From contig NZ_JAFBCZ010000018.1 in NCBI RefSeq assembly GCF_016907925.1, positions 1-64,000 of the forward strand: a DNA stretch of 64,000 nucleotides, written 5' to 3'. The stretch is from Herpetosiphon giganteus (lineage in GTDB: Bacteria; Chloroflexota; Chloroflexia; Chloroflexales; Herpetosiphonaceae). The notes under the pieces were generated by a model that was given only the letters and a program-made list of their open reading frames with translations, did not search any database and was not told the origin of the DNA. A program made the position numbers and the translations under genes. Below are positions 8,930 through 18,575 of the stretch, piece by piece. The first letter of the stretch is position 1. The number at the start of each line of letters is the position of its first letter.

Positions 8930-9780
8930 TATGTCGCCTCAATCTGCGCCAACGCATAATCAATATATTCATCAATTTGGGCTAAAGAAGCACAATGCTG
9001 GGCTTGCGGCACGCGATAATAGCTCGCCGTTGGGTAATACTGGCGTAATAATGCTTGATCACGCTGCCCAAACAAGCCATCGTGTTCAGCCACAATCATG
9101 GCCAGCTTGCCATGCCACCGCGCCGCGCCCAAATGCCAATCCAGCTCGCGCCACCAACCCAACAAACTCAGATAATCGTGGCGTTGCATTTTTTGTAGAT
9201 TTTGCTGCAACCGCTCAGCCCAAAATGGCCGCAGAATAGTAGCCATTGGCTGCAAAAATTGCTGCGTGCCGCGCCAAAACAGCCAACGCACCAAGCCCAA
9301 TGGCAAGATCGCGACCAGTGGATGCAGCAAACTGAGCCAAAGCCAACGCCCACGCCGCGGCACACCAGTATCCGACAGCAGCAAGCCTTGGGCCAATTGC
9401 GGGCGATAGTGCAACAGCGCTTGGGCAATCAAGCCGCTATACGAGCCAGCCACAATCCAACTCGCTTCAAATTGCAAATAATTGAATAAGGCTTGCAGAT
9501 TGGCCGCCAAATCCGCCAAAGTAGCAATTGTGTTGGGGTAGGCGAGGCTAAGCACCCGATAGCGCTGCTGGCAACGATCCAGCCAACGAAAAGCCAAATC
9601 GGCGCGCGCCAAGCCACCAGGCAAAATCAACAAGCCAGGCAAATTACCGCCAGTATCGCAAATTTCCCATTCGTGGCCGTTGATCCGCACCCGCTGCACT
9701 GGATAGCGCTCAAGGGTTGCCGCATAAGAAGCTTGGCAATCGGCAGCGCTCATTAACTGCTCGTACTCATGCTGAATCAT
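8929..9780 (-). CDS. alpha/beta hydrolase fold protein
   Basis: LILPGG, GSYSG nucleophile elbow, C-terminal His; stop overlaps the start of the GT2 gene. Confidence 0.65.
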   Translation of the reverse strand: MIQHEYEQLMSAADCQASYAATLERYPVQRVRINGHEWEICDTGGNLPGLLILPGGLARADLAFRWLDRCQQRYRVLSLAYPNTIATLADLAANLQALFNYLQFEASWIVAGSYSGLIAQALLHYRPQLAQGLLLSDTGVPRRGRWLWLSLLHPLVAILPLGLVRWLFWRGTQQFLQPMATILRPFWAERLQQNLQKMQRHDYLSLLGWWRELDWHLGAARWHGKLAMIVAEHDGLFGQRDQALLRQYYPTASYYRVPQAQHCASLAQIDEYIDYALAQIEAT

Positions 9781-9895
9781 TCAGGCTGCCTCTGAAATTG
9801 CGCTATTGCTGCGCCTAAATTGCTGCAAAGTTGCTCTAGCTGCTCGCTTGGGCTTGCTACACTCATTCTAAGCCTTTTATGCTAGGAGCTGTGCA

Positions 9896-10489
9896 ATGGA
9901 TAGCGTCGCAATAAACAACATTGATCACCCACAACCACGCTGGCAAAGCATCGTTTATGGCTGGTATTTGCCAGCATTATTGGCGCTTGTATGGCTCACC
10001 AGTCCTCTGTGGCTGAAGAGTGCAATCATGCTTCTATTTGATTTTCGAATCAGCGAGATTATTGCTGAAAGCATCATTCTAATGCGGACTGCATTCATCG
10101 CAAGCATCGTGCTGAATAGTTTGATTTTATGGTTGCTCAAACCAAAAAACTACCTTTGGATTTGCTCAATTTGGTTTGTTGGTTTGAGCATGGCCACGGC
10201 ACTGTATGAAACAATCAACCGATCGGTTATGGCTGGCAAGATCCCCGCCTTGTTCAACATCAGAGTTCCTGGGAATCATTATAGTTACAATGCAGCGGCG
10301 ATCTTAATTGGGTTCCTGCTGAGCGTTGGTTGCATGGTCGTTCAGCATTGGCTGAATCCCAAAACATACCCTACTAGGCGCACAATGCTTGTCGCAGGGC
10401 TTGCCTTAGCAATTATTGCAACATGTTCTGTGAGTATAAAAACTAAAACAATTGATAAGCCAAGAGCTATAAGCATTGATGCTTTCTAA
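9896..10489 (+). CDS. hypothetical integral membrane protein (paralog 1)
   Basis: AGGAG RBS 7 nt upstream; 4-5 predicted TM helices; N-terminus PRWQSIVYGWYLPALLALVW identical to paralog 2. Confidence 0.7.
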   Translation: MDSVAINNIDHPQPRWQSIVYGWYLPALLALVWLTSPLWLKSAIMLLFDFRISEIIAESIILMRTAFIASIVLNSLILWLLKPKNYLWICSIWFVGLSMATALYETINRSVMAGKIPALFNIRVPGNHYSYNAAAILIGFLLSVGCMVVQHWLNPKTYPTRRTMLVAGLALAIIATCSVSIKTKTIDKPRAISIDAF

Positions 10490-10531
10490 CCTCATAAGCA
10501 GTCAACTACATTTTGATACAGGAGTTTCGCA

Positions 10532-11107
10532 ATGTATAGCGTCTCAACAGCGGTTCAACCAATTCCACGCTGGCAAAGCATCGTTTATGGCTGGTATTTG
10601 CCAGCATTATTGGCGCTTGTTTGGTTCAGCATCGCTGTTTGGCAAGATGTTGCTTTCATCCAAGCAATTGATCATCAAACAATCGGTATATTTATTCAGT
10701 TTTTGCATTCGATATTTTTTGCGAGCGTATTTCTCAATGGCAGCATCTTGTTTGCGCTCAATCCGCAAAAACATATTTGGCTTGGCATAACTTGGTTTAT
10801 CGGCATTGCCTTGATCTTACGCTATTACCGTTCGCACTATGAATCGGCAGGCTTTGCTTTATCGATTCGCGCTTTTGAACTGACAAATGAAGCCTACTAT
10901 ATCTGCAATGCAGGAACATGGTTGCTGAGTGCAGGGTTAAGCGCATTCATTATGTTAATTCAATATTGGGCTAGCCCTCAAGCCTACAACAATATGTGCA
11001 GCAGGATTTTGGCATGGCTCGCGCTCACAATCGTCGCAGCCTGTTACCTCACTCTAGAATTTGAGGCGAATGGCATTTTAAAACCTGTCACTTATTCAAA
11101 GCATTAA
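10532..11107 (+). CDS. hypothetical integral membrane protein (paralog 2)
   Basis: AGGAG RBS; 56-nt block identical to 9940-9995; AT-richer than its surroundings. Confidence 0.7.
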   Translation: MYSVSTAVQPIPRWQSIVYGWYLPALLALVWFSIAVWQDVAFIQAIDHQTIGIFIQFLHSIFFASVFLNGSILFALNPQKHIWLGITWFIGIALILRYYRSHYESAGFALSIRAFELTNEAYYICNAGTWLLSAGLSAFIMLIQYWASPQAYNNMCSRILAWLALTIVAACYLTLEFEANGILKPVTYSKH

Positions 11108-12498
11108 ATTGGCAAGCTTAATTGAATATGTGCGCCTTGCTCGCTGGGAATAAGCACTGCATCGCCGCCGTGCGCCCGCAGAATCGCCCGCACAATCGCC
11201 AAGCCAAGGCCCGAGCCGCCCTCAGCGCCACGCACGCCACGCTCCCAAATTGCTTCACGCATAGCCGCCGGAATCCCCTCGCCAGTATCTTGAACATCGA
11301 TCACCACTTGATCGGCGGTTAAGCTGACCCGCATAATAATTTGGCCGCCTGGAGGGGTGGCTCGCAAGGCATTATCAAACAAATTCAACAAGGCTTGCTT
11401 CAAACGATCGCGATCAGCATCGATCAAAATTGGGCGCGGCGGAACTTGGGCCAGCAATTCAACCCCGCTGCGTTGCGCCCGCCCACTCAAATTCTGCACC
11501 AATTCATAAATCATTTCGCCAAGATCAAGGCTTTGCTTGGGGCCGAGGGTCAGGCTTGGTTGGGCATCAGTGCGCAAAAGTTCATCGGCCAAACGGGCAA
11601 GCCGCGCAATTTCGGCCTGCATTGCCTGAATCGATTGCGCTTGTTCGTCGGCGTTCTCTGCATCCTCGATATTTTCCAAGTAGCCACCCAAGGCCATCAT
11701 CGGCGTGCGCAACTCGTGCGAAACATCGCGGTAAAACCGCCGTTGCGCTTCCGATTGTTGCTCGATCCGTGATAAACGCTCGGCCAATTGATCGGTCATG
11801 GTATTGATCGAACGCGCAAGCTGAATAATTTCCGAGGGGCCACGCTCAAGCGCGCGTTCGGTGAGATCGCCATCGGCCACTTGTTCGGCAGTTGCGCGCA
11901 ATTGGCCAATCAGCCGCGCCAACCAACGGGCGACCAACGACGAGCCTAAAAAGGCTGCTGCAAAAGCCAGAGCAATCGAAATAAAGACAAAACGGCCCAG
12001 CACGCGCAACAAGCGATCCTCGTCGGCAACACTTTGCGAAACCTCAACGACCCCCACAACTTTTTGCTGCCAACGCACTTGTCCTGCCACATAACGTCGC
12101 CCACGCGCCTCGCCCACAAACACGGTTGGAATACTGGTTACAAATTGGCTAGCAGCAGCTCGACTTGGTAAAGCAGAGTTCGAGCCGTTGGCCCCAAAGA
12201 TTTGGCCAGCACTGCCAAAGACCCGAATTGCGCCATCGCCATTGCCAATTGGCCGACTCAGCAGAATAGTGGTTGCCGATTGTAAATCGCCATCGCTTGC
12301 TATCAGTTGCTCGGCAAAGGCAATATACAACTCAAGCTGATTATTTAATTCAACACTGCGACGATCAGCTTCACTAATCCGTACACCCATCAGAATAATG
12401 ATCGCGATTAATGCTAAAGGCACAACACTCACCGCCACCATCGTTATGGTTAGGCGTACAGCTAAGGTTACAATTTTGGGTCGATGTACTTTTTTCAT
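11104..12498 (-). CDS. sensor histidine kinase (TM-HAMP-HisKA-HATPase_c)
   Basis: H-box VSHELRTPM, N/G boxes DNALRAT..GGQ, DTGEGIP, GSGLGLAIV; no response regulator nearby. Confidence 0.85.
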   Translation of the reverse strand: MKKVHRPKIVTLAVRLTITMVAVSVVPLALIAIIILMGVRISEADRRSVELNNQLELYIAFAEQLIASDGDLQSATTILLSRPIGNGDGAIRVFGSAGQIFGANGSNSALPSRAAASQFVTSIPTVFVGEARGRRYVAGQVRWQQKVVGVVEVSQSVADEDRLLRVLGRFVFISIALAFAAAFLGSSLVARWLARLIGQLRATAEQVADGDLTERALERGPSEIIQLARSINTMTDQLAERLSRIEQQSEAQRRFYRDVSHELRTPMMALGGYLENIEDAENADEQAQSIQAMQAEIARLARLADELLRTDAQPSLTLGPKQSLDLGEMIYELVQNLSGRAQRSGVELLAQVPPRPILIDADRDRLKQALLNLFDNALRATPPGGQIIMRVSLTADQVVIDVQDTGEGIPAAMREAIWERGVRGAEGGSGLGLAIVRAILRAHGGDAVLIPSEQGAHIQLSLPI

Positions 12499-12600
12499 AC
12501 GAGCATTATCGCATAGCTAGCCACTTGCATGGCATGATATAATCGCCTTTGAGAAATTTTGTCCCCTTCAATAAAACTTGATGTAGAAAGTGTAGAGGCA

Positions 12601-14343
12601 ATGTCTACGTTAACCTATCCGCACCTGCCCGCGCCCTTCGAAATCATCGGTGCTTGTGGCAAGCAGTCGAGCCATCGGCGTTTTTTTATGGCCAAAAAAG
12701 CGGGCATTCCCTACCTCGTTTGGTGGGAAAGCCGCATTCCCGATGCCTTGCGCAAACAACAAATGGTTGTACAAATTGCCGAACAGGCTGGCAGTGAGGT
12801 CGCTATTTTAGATGTTCAGGCCCTATCGCTGCAACAACTCTTGGATACAGCTGGCAGCCTGCCTGCGCCAGTTGCCGCCCAATATGCCTTAGGCCTGATC
12901 GAAACCGCCGAATTTAACCATCGCCAGCGCACTGCACTCACCAGTAGCAATTTGTATGGCCCAAGTTTGCTCGACCTTGGTTCGCAAGGCACAATTGTGC
13001 CAAAAATCGATTCCAGTTTGGGCCAAAAAGCTGCACCAATTCCAGCGCAATTATTGCCAGTGAACGAACAGCCCAGCCCAGCAGGCGATAGCTATTATAT
13101 CGGAGCCTTAATTGCATGGATGATTAGCGGTCAAGTTGCACCCCAAGGGAATCCTTTAGCCATGTTGCCAGCAATTGATGGCCACTTGGCGAGCATTTTA
13201 CAACGTGCCACTGCCGCCAATCCAAAACAACGCCCAAGCGCCCAAGAGCTTGGCCAACAAATCCAAGATTGGTTATCGGGCAAAGTTACCCAAACTGCCA
13301 AAAAGAAGCCTTCAAAGCTGAAATGGTTGGTCGGTGTAATTAGCACGGCAATCATTACGTTCTTAGTCATCTATGGTTTATCGCAGCGGGATAAAGCATC
13401 GGATACTGAGTTTGGCCAGGCCAAAGCCAATGGGACTCCAAGCACCGATTTCAAGCCCGATCAACCGGGTACAGGCTTGTCTATGCTCGGCGATGTCAAT
13501 GAGGTTGAAATTAATCGGATTGATGATACGGGCTATCCCGATATTGATATGTATCTGAGTATTATGCGCCCGACCGGGGTCGTAACCGATGTCCCACGCC
13601 AAAATGTCAGCGTCTTTGAAAATAATAATAAAATTGAAAACTTCTCATGGGTCAATCTCTCAAAAATTCGCGATCCGCTCAATATTATGTTGGTGATGGA
13701 TACGAGCGGCAGTATGGGTCCCAGCAAAGAAGGCTTAACTGATGGCGGTTTAGATGCAGCCAAAATTGCTGCGCTTGATTTTATTGATCAACTGCCGTCA
13801 AACACCAATCTTGGCTTAATTCACTTTGGCACGATGGTAACGGTCGATCACTCATTAACCGACGATATTGGCGCAGTGCGCCAAAGCATTACCGAGCTTA
13901 AAGCCGAAGGCCAAACAGCAATTTATGATGCCTTGGCAATCAGCTACACCCAATTACGCCGCGCAGAAGGCCGCACCTTCATCGTGCTGATCTCTGATGG
14001 CGCTGATACCGCCAGCAAAGGCGATAATTACGATAGCATTGTGACCAAAGCAGCCAAAGCCAAAATTCCTACCTATATTATTGGCTTGACCAGCCCAGAA
14101 TTTGATGGCAAATTGCTGGAAGATTTGCAACGCGATACCAAAGCGATGATCTATCAAACCCCATCCAAAGAGCAATTGACCAGCTTCTATGGCGAGGTCG
14201 CCCAAGAGGTTGCTGGCCAATATCGGGCCAGTTTCAGCGTGCCTGATAGCTATCCAAGTGGCGCTGGAATTACGCTCAAGGTCGAGGTCAATGCTGGCGA
14301 TGGCCGCTTAGTCACCAAAGAACGCAACTATAACAAACCTTAA
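12601..14343 (+). CDS. membrane-anchored pseudokinase-TM-vWA domain protein
   Basis: degenerate kinase C-lobe (NHRQRTALTSSNLYG in place of HRD; YYIGALIAWMISG...NPKQRPSAQEL), TM LVGVISTAIITFLVIYGL, vWA MIDAS motif MLVMDTSGSMG; start 12601 or 12559. Confidence 0.75.
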   Translation: MSTLTYPHLPAPFEIIGACGKQSSHRRFFMAKKAGIPYLVWWESRIPDALRKQQMVVQIAEQAGSEVAILDVQALSLQQLLDTAGSLPAPVAAQYALGLIETAEFNHRQRTALTSSNLYGPSLLDLGSQGTIVPKIDSSLGQKAAPIPAQLLPVNEQPSPAGDSYYIGALIAWMISGQVAPQGNPLAMLPAIDGHLASILQRATAANPKQRPSAQELGQQIQDWLSGKVTQTAKKKPSKLKWLVGVISTAIITFLVIYGLSQRDKASDTEFGQAKANGTPSTDFKPDQPGTGLSMLGDVNEVEINRIDDTGYPDIDMYLSIMRPTGVVTDVPRQNVSVFENNNKIENFSWVNLSKIRDPLNIMLVMDTSGSMGPSKEGLTDGGLDAAKIAALDFIDQLPSNTNLGLIHFGTMVTVDHSLTDDIGAVRQSITELKAEGQTAIYDALAISYTQLRRAEGRTFIVLISDGADTASKGDNYDSIVTKAAKAKIPTYIIGLTSPEFDGKLLEDLQRDTKAMIYQTPSKEQLTSFYGEVAQEVAGQYRASFSVPDSYPSGAGITLKVEVNAGDGRLVTKERNYNKP

Positions 14344-14368
14344 ACTTCTTGCCTACAGCATGTTTTCA

Positions 14369-14405
14369 ATCGCAGCATCTTAACCAGTGCTGCGATTTTT
14401 ATTTT
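14369..14405 (+). terminator. rho-independent terminator (ATCGCAGCA..TGCTGCGAT stem followed by TTTTTATTTT)
   Basis: perfect 9-bp inverted repeat with a T-run, 26 bp after the vWA gene stop. Confidence 0.7.
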
Positions 14406-14458
14406 GGCTTAAAATTGTGCTACAGTGCAAACCACAATCGCACCTATGAGAACACTCT

Positions 14459-15361
14459 ATGCTGGATTTACAAAAACTGCGCATGTTTGTGGCCGCTGCC
14501 CAAAGCCGCAATTTTACTCGCGCTGCCGAGCAACTCGATCTCACGCAGCCAACGGTTAGCCAACAAATCCAAACCCTCGAACGCGAACTCGGCGTGAGTT
14601 TGTTCGAGCGCCTGAGCCGTGGCATCGAGCTAACTGCTGCTGGGCGGGCGCTGTTACCCCACGCCGAGCAAATGATTGCGCTCGAACGAATTGCCGAACA
14701 GGCAGTACGTGCCGCCGCAGGCCAAAGCGAGCGCACCTTGCTCTTGGGCGTTGGCAACACCTTGGCCACCTATGCGCTGCCCGATTTGCTGCAACGCTTC
14801 AACTGGGAACACCCAGAATTTGTCGTCCACATTGGCACTGGTAACACCGAGCAATTGCTGGCCCAAGTGATTTCTGGCGAATTTGAATTGGCGCTGGTTG
14901 GTTCGCCGATTAGCCATAATCAATTGATCGTGATGCCATTTCTCAGCACCGAATTGGTGGTCATCGTCAGCCCCGATGATCCGTGGGCACGCTTGAAACA
15001 GATTAATCTCGAAGCCTTGCATGGGCGGCGCATGCTCTTGCGCGAGGAAGGCTCGGCGTTGCAAGCAAGCGTCAGCGAATTGCTCACCAAGCAGCAAATT
15101 CGCCCCAAGCAGCCAATTGTGCTTGGCAATCTTGAGGCGATTAAGCGCTCGGTTGAAGTTGGATTGGGCATCGCCTTAGTGCCCGCCATGGCCGTGCGCC
15201 GCGAAGTAGCGGCTGGGCGCTTGCGTCAATTGCATTTGGCCAATATGCCAACGCGGCGGGTGTATAACGTAGTCCATCATCGCGACCGCCACATTACCAA
15301 TGCAGCCCAATTGTTCCTCGATCTTTTGCGCAAACCGTTGGGGCCAGATACTAACGAATAG
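14459..15361 (+). CDS. LysR family transcriptional regulator
   Basis: MLDLQKLRMFVAAAQSRNFTRAAEQLDLTQPTVSQQIQTLE HTH. Confidence 0.9.
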   Translation: MLDLQKLRMFVAAAQSRNFTRAAEQLDLTQPTVSQQIQTLERELGVSLFERLSRGIELTAAGRALLPHAEQMIALERIAEQAVRAAAGQSERTLLLGVGNTLATYALPDLLQRFNWEHPEFVVHIGTGNTEQLLAQVISGEFELALVGSPISHNQLIVMPFLSTELVVIVSPDDPWARLKQINLEALHGRRMLLREEGSALQASVSELLTKQQIRPKQPIVLGNLEAIKRSVEVGLGIALVPAMAVRREVAAGRLRQLHLANMPTRRVYNVVHHRDRHITNAAQLFLDLLRKPLGPDTNE

Positions 15362-15445
15362 GCCCTTGATATGCTATGATACGATCTATTGCTTCCGACC
15401 ACCTTTTGGAGCAGAACCCGTTATGGGCTTGGGGGAATGGCCTGC

Positions 15446-16033
15446 ATGACCGATGCAGAACGACAATGGGTGAGCGCCGCCAAAGCTGGCGACGTTGAAG
15501 CCTTCAATCAATTAGTGCGCATGTACGAAGGTCGGGTCTATGGCTTGGCATATCGCATGCTGGGTGATAGCGATAGCGCTGCCGATGTGGCCCAAGATAC
15601 CTTTATCTCGGCATTTAAGGCAATTAAACGCTTTCGCGAAGGCTCGTTTGCTGCTTGGTTGCTACGCATCGCCACCAATGCATGCTACGATGTGTTGCGC
15701 GCCCAAAAACGCCGCCGCACCACCTCGATGGATCAAATGCTTGCTGGCGACGATGATAGCCCAGGCGAGCAATTTGAAGATCAATCGCTGCCTCTCGATC
15801 AGCACATGATCAATCGCGAGTTGCAAGCGGCCATCCAAGCAGGCTTGGCAACCTTGCCCGAAGATCAACGCGCAGTGTTAATTATGTGCGATATTCAAGG
15901 CTTTGCCTACGAGGAAATCGCGGCAGCTACTGATACCCAACTGGGCACAGTCAAATCGCGGCTCAGCCGAGCACGAGCAAAGTTGCGCGATTATCTTAAA
16001 AGTCGGGAACTTTTGCCAACTGCCGAACGTTAA
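15446..16033 (+). CDS. RNA polymerase ECF-type sigma-70 factor
   Basis: sigma-70 region 2 (VAQDTFISAFKAIKRF) and region 4 (FAYEEIAAATDTQLGTVKSRLSRAR); start ATG 15446 with GGGGGA RBS, alternatives 15437 or 15389. Confidence 0.85.
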   Translation: MTDAERQWVSAAKAGDVEAFNQLVRMYEGRVYGLAYRMLGDSDSAADVAQDTFISAFKAIKRFREGSFAAWLLRIATNACYDVLRAQKRRRTTSMDQMLAGDDDSPGEQFEDQSLPLDQHMINRELQAAIQAGLATLPEDQRAVLIMCDIQGFAYEEIAAATDTQLGTVKSRLSRARAKLRDYLKSRELLPTAER

Positions 16034-16063
16034 GCTTGATATGACGACACAAGTGGGTATGCA

Positions 16064-16906
16064 ATGACACCAATATCTGAACAACACCAAGAACTTCTTT
16101 CGGCAGCCCTCGATGGTCAGCTTAGCGCCGCCGAGCAAGCTCAGTTGGATCAACAGCTTGAGCACGACCCTAGCTTAGCTGTCGAATTTGCCGAGTTGCG
16201 CTCGATGCAGGCGTTGTTGCAAGACCTCCCGCCTGTTCGACCACCACGCAGTTTTACGCTCGATCCTGCCTTGCATGCGCCCAAACGCAGCCTCTGGCTC
16301 AGCGGCTGGACACGTTGGGTCACCGTGGTTGGCGTATTTGCCTTAATGCTGACAGTAGGCTTACAGCTCACTAATCAGGCTGAGCAATCGATGACTATTG
16401 CACCTAAATCGCAGGCATTGAGCACTGAATCAGCAGCTGTTCAATCCCAGCAAAACGAAAATGAAAATCCTGTAGCGCCATCAATGAGCACGGCAAGAAG
16501 CGCAGCCATGCCAACTCCAGAGATGTCACTGCTGCAACAACCAACTGGTGGCGCTGCCGATGCAATGCTTGGTGCTTATCCACCGCCGGCCCTACCATAC
16601 GCTGCTGGCTCAGGTCCAATGAGCGATACAAGCGATATGGCCCGAAGCATCAGCCCTGAACAAGCAACCGCCATGGCTGGCAATAGCTTGAACCAACCGC
16701 TGATTGAGCCGAATGGCACATCATCGCCCGATACAATCAGCTTAGAGCCATCAGTGCTCAAGGATCAAGTGCTTGAGCAAGCAGCTCCTGCGCCAGCAGC
16801 TGAGTCCGAATCATCATTATTGCTCTGGTTCAGCATTGCGCTCGTGCTGGGAGTTGGCTTAGCCTTCGCCATGGGCTACTGGTTCAAACTGCATAAACAA
16901 GCCTAA
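16064..16906 (+). CDS. anti-sigma factor (single-pass membrane)
   Basis: sits directly after the sigma gene; N-terminal anti-sigma-like helix (LLSAALDGQLSAAEQAQLDQQLEHDP); C-terminal TM WFSIALVLGVGLAFAMGYWF. Confidence 0.7.
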   Translation: MTPISEQHQELLSAALDGQLSAAEQAQLDQQLEHDPSLAVEFAELRSMQALLQDLPPVRPPRSFTLDPALHAPKRSLWLSGWTRWVTVVGVFALMLTVGLQLTNQAEQSMTIAPKSQALSTESAAVQSQQNENENPVAPSMSTARSAAMPTPEMSLLQQPTGGAADAMLGAYPPPALPYAAGSGPMSDTSDMARSISPEQATAMAGNSLNQPLIEPNGTSSPDTISLEPSVLKDQVLEQAAPAPAAESESSLLLWFSIALVLGVGLAFAMGYWFKLHKQA

Positions 16907-16955
16907 ATTTACCACGGCTGCCCTTGCGCTTCTGCTTGGGCAGCCGTGGTAAATT
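16905..16955. terminator. 19-bp stem hairpin between convergent genes, embedded in the last 16 codons of the HD gene
   Basis: AAATTTACCACGGCTGCCC / GGGCAGCCGTGGTAAATT with a 14-nt loop; starts at the anti-sigma stop codon. Confidence 0.5.
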
Positions 16956-17511
16956 CAGCCAAAACAGCGATACGGGCTTGGGCTAATTGCTGCGAAATTG
17001 CCAAACAAAGCTGGCTGGGCAAGGTCTGGAGATTATGCTCCAAGGTCGCCAACGCATCACCAAAGGTTCGATAGCGCGTATCGCGGCCAACTTTACTCAC
17101 AATCCGCAAGATTCCTACCGCCCCTAGTTGCTCCAAAATATCAGCATCACGCAGTAAACTGGCTTCAAGGCTGGTTGGCGTTTGCTGCGGGCTATGTTGA
17201 GCAATCGCCGCTAAAACTGCCGCAATTTTGGCGCTAGGGAATTGCCATTGATGCAATAAATCTGGCACCATTTTCAAGGCATAGGCCACATTATCCCAAG
17301 CAGCCAATTCGGCTGGGTCAGCAGGCCGATGGCCAATAAAGACCCCAAGATCGTGCAACCATGCCGCCGCATACAACACATCGTCATCATAGACCAAACC
17401 TTCGCCAAGGGTGGTGGCTAGCTGATATAAACGTGGCTGATGGCTATATTTATCGATCGGCAGGGCTTGCGCCCGAATATAGGCCTGAATCTGAGTGCGA
17501 AAATCGAGCAT
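16909..17511 (-). CDS. HD domain phosphohydrolase
   Basis: AAWLHDLGV..H..D motif pattern; 200 aa. Confidence 0.7.
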   Translation of the reverse strand: MLDFRTQIQAYIRAQALPIDKYSHQPRLYQLATTLGEGLVYDDDVLYAAAWLHDLGVFIGHRPADPAELAAWDNVAYALKMVPDLLHQWQFPSAKIAAVLAAIAQHSPQQTPTSLEASLLRDADILEQLGAVGILRIVSKVGRDTRYRTFGDALATLEHNLQTLPSQLCLAISQQLAQARIAVLAEFTTAAQAEAQGQPW

Positions 17512-17596
17512 ACAACGACCTCATAGACTGCAAAACTGCGAAATTATCCGTCAAAACCAACCCATGTGTCACCCGTGTAGACCCTACTTTTGAGAA

Positions 17597-17631
17597 TTGA
17601 CATAAACGTCTTATCGCAGGTACACTACAGC
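17597..17631 (+). promoter_or_regulatory. candidate sigma-70-type promoter (TTGACA, 18-nt spacer, TACACT)
   Basis: read 105 bp upstream of the alpha/beta hydrolase start at 17737. Confidence 0.35.
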
Positions 17632-17736
17632 GACCACTCAACCACAACCCATTTTAGCAAGCAATGCTGCGTTGCCGAGCTTTAGGCGGTATGGTATAGT
17701 TTGGTTGACAGCAGTCTGCAACGTGAGAGCATCACC

Positions 17737-18558
17737 ATGAGCGTAATCGTCATTGATGACCAAGTTGTGCATTACGAGACCTTTGGGCGTGGTCGTCCAG
17801 TCCTATTTCTCCACGGCTGGCTCGGTTCGTGGCGATATTGGATGCCGACGATGGAATTCGTTTCCAAAGATTTCCGCACATATTCGTTCGATTTTTGGGG
17901 TTTTGGTGATTCAGATAAAACAAGTACTGCCAAGAGCATTAGCATTACCAATTTCTCTGATCAAGTGATTCGATTTTTAGATGCCATGGGCATCGATAAG
18001 GTTCCGCTAGTCGGCCACTCAATGGGCGGAATGGTCGCGCTCAAAACTGCAATCCGCCACCCCAATCGGATTAGCCGAGTTGCGGCTATTGGTGCTCCCA
18101 TCGTTGGTACATCGCTTTCAGGCTTGCTCAAGCTCACCGATAATCAGTATGTTTCGCGAGCAATGGCCCGTGTGCCAGTCGTCACCAAGTTTTTGTTTCG
18201 CTGGTTTTTGGGCAATGTCAACGATACCGCCTACGGCGAAATTCTCGACGATAGCGTTAAGCCAACCGAAGAAAGTTTACGCCGCGCCGTTGGCTCGATG
18301 ATGCGCACCGATCTGCGGCCTGAGCTCGAACAATTGACGATTCCGACCTTGGTTGTCCACGGCGCTCGTGACGATATTGTCAATCCCAATCAGGCCGATA
18401 TTTTCTTACAACGCGATATGGCCAACACGCAAGTTTTTGTGATGCCAGAAAGTCGCCATTTTCCCTTCCTTGACGAGCCAGCGCAATTTAACAAGGTGCT
18501 TCACGCCTTCTTAAAACGGCCAGTCAACGAAACCCGTGCTGCTGCTGAAGCAGCATAG
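17737..18558 (+). CDS. alpha/beta hydrolase
   Basis: LFLHGWLGSW, GHSMGG nucleophile elbow; start at MSVIVIDD. Confidence 0.85.
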   Translation: MSVIVIDDQVVHYETFGRGRPVLFLHGWLGSWRYWMPTMEFVSKDFRTYSFDFWGFGDSDKTSTAKSISITNFSDQVIRFLDAMGIDKVPLVGHSMGGMVALKTAIRHPNRISRVAAIGAPIVGTSLSGLLKLTDNQYVSRAMARVPVVTKFLFRWFLGNVNDTAYGEILDDSVKPTEESLRRAVGSMMRTDLRPELEQLTIPTLVVHGARDDIVNPNQADIFLQRDMANTQVFVMPESRHFPFLDEPAQFNKVLHAFLKRPVNETRAAAEAA

Positions 18559-18575
18559 GTAGTTAGGTCAAGTTC

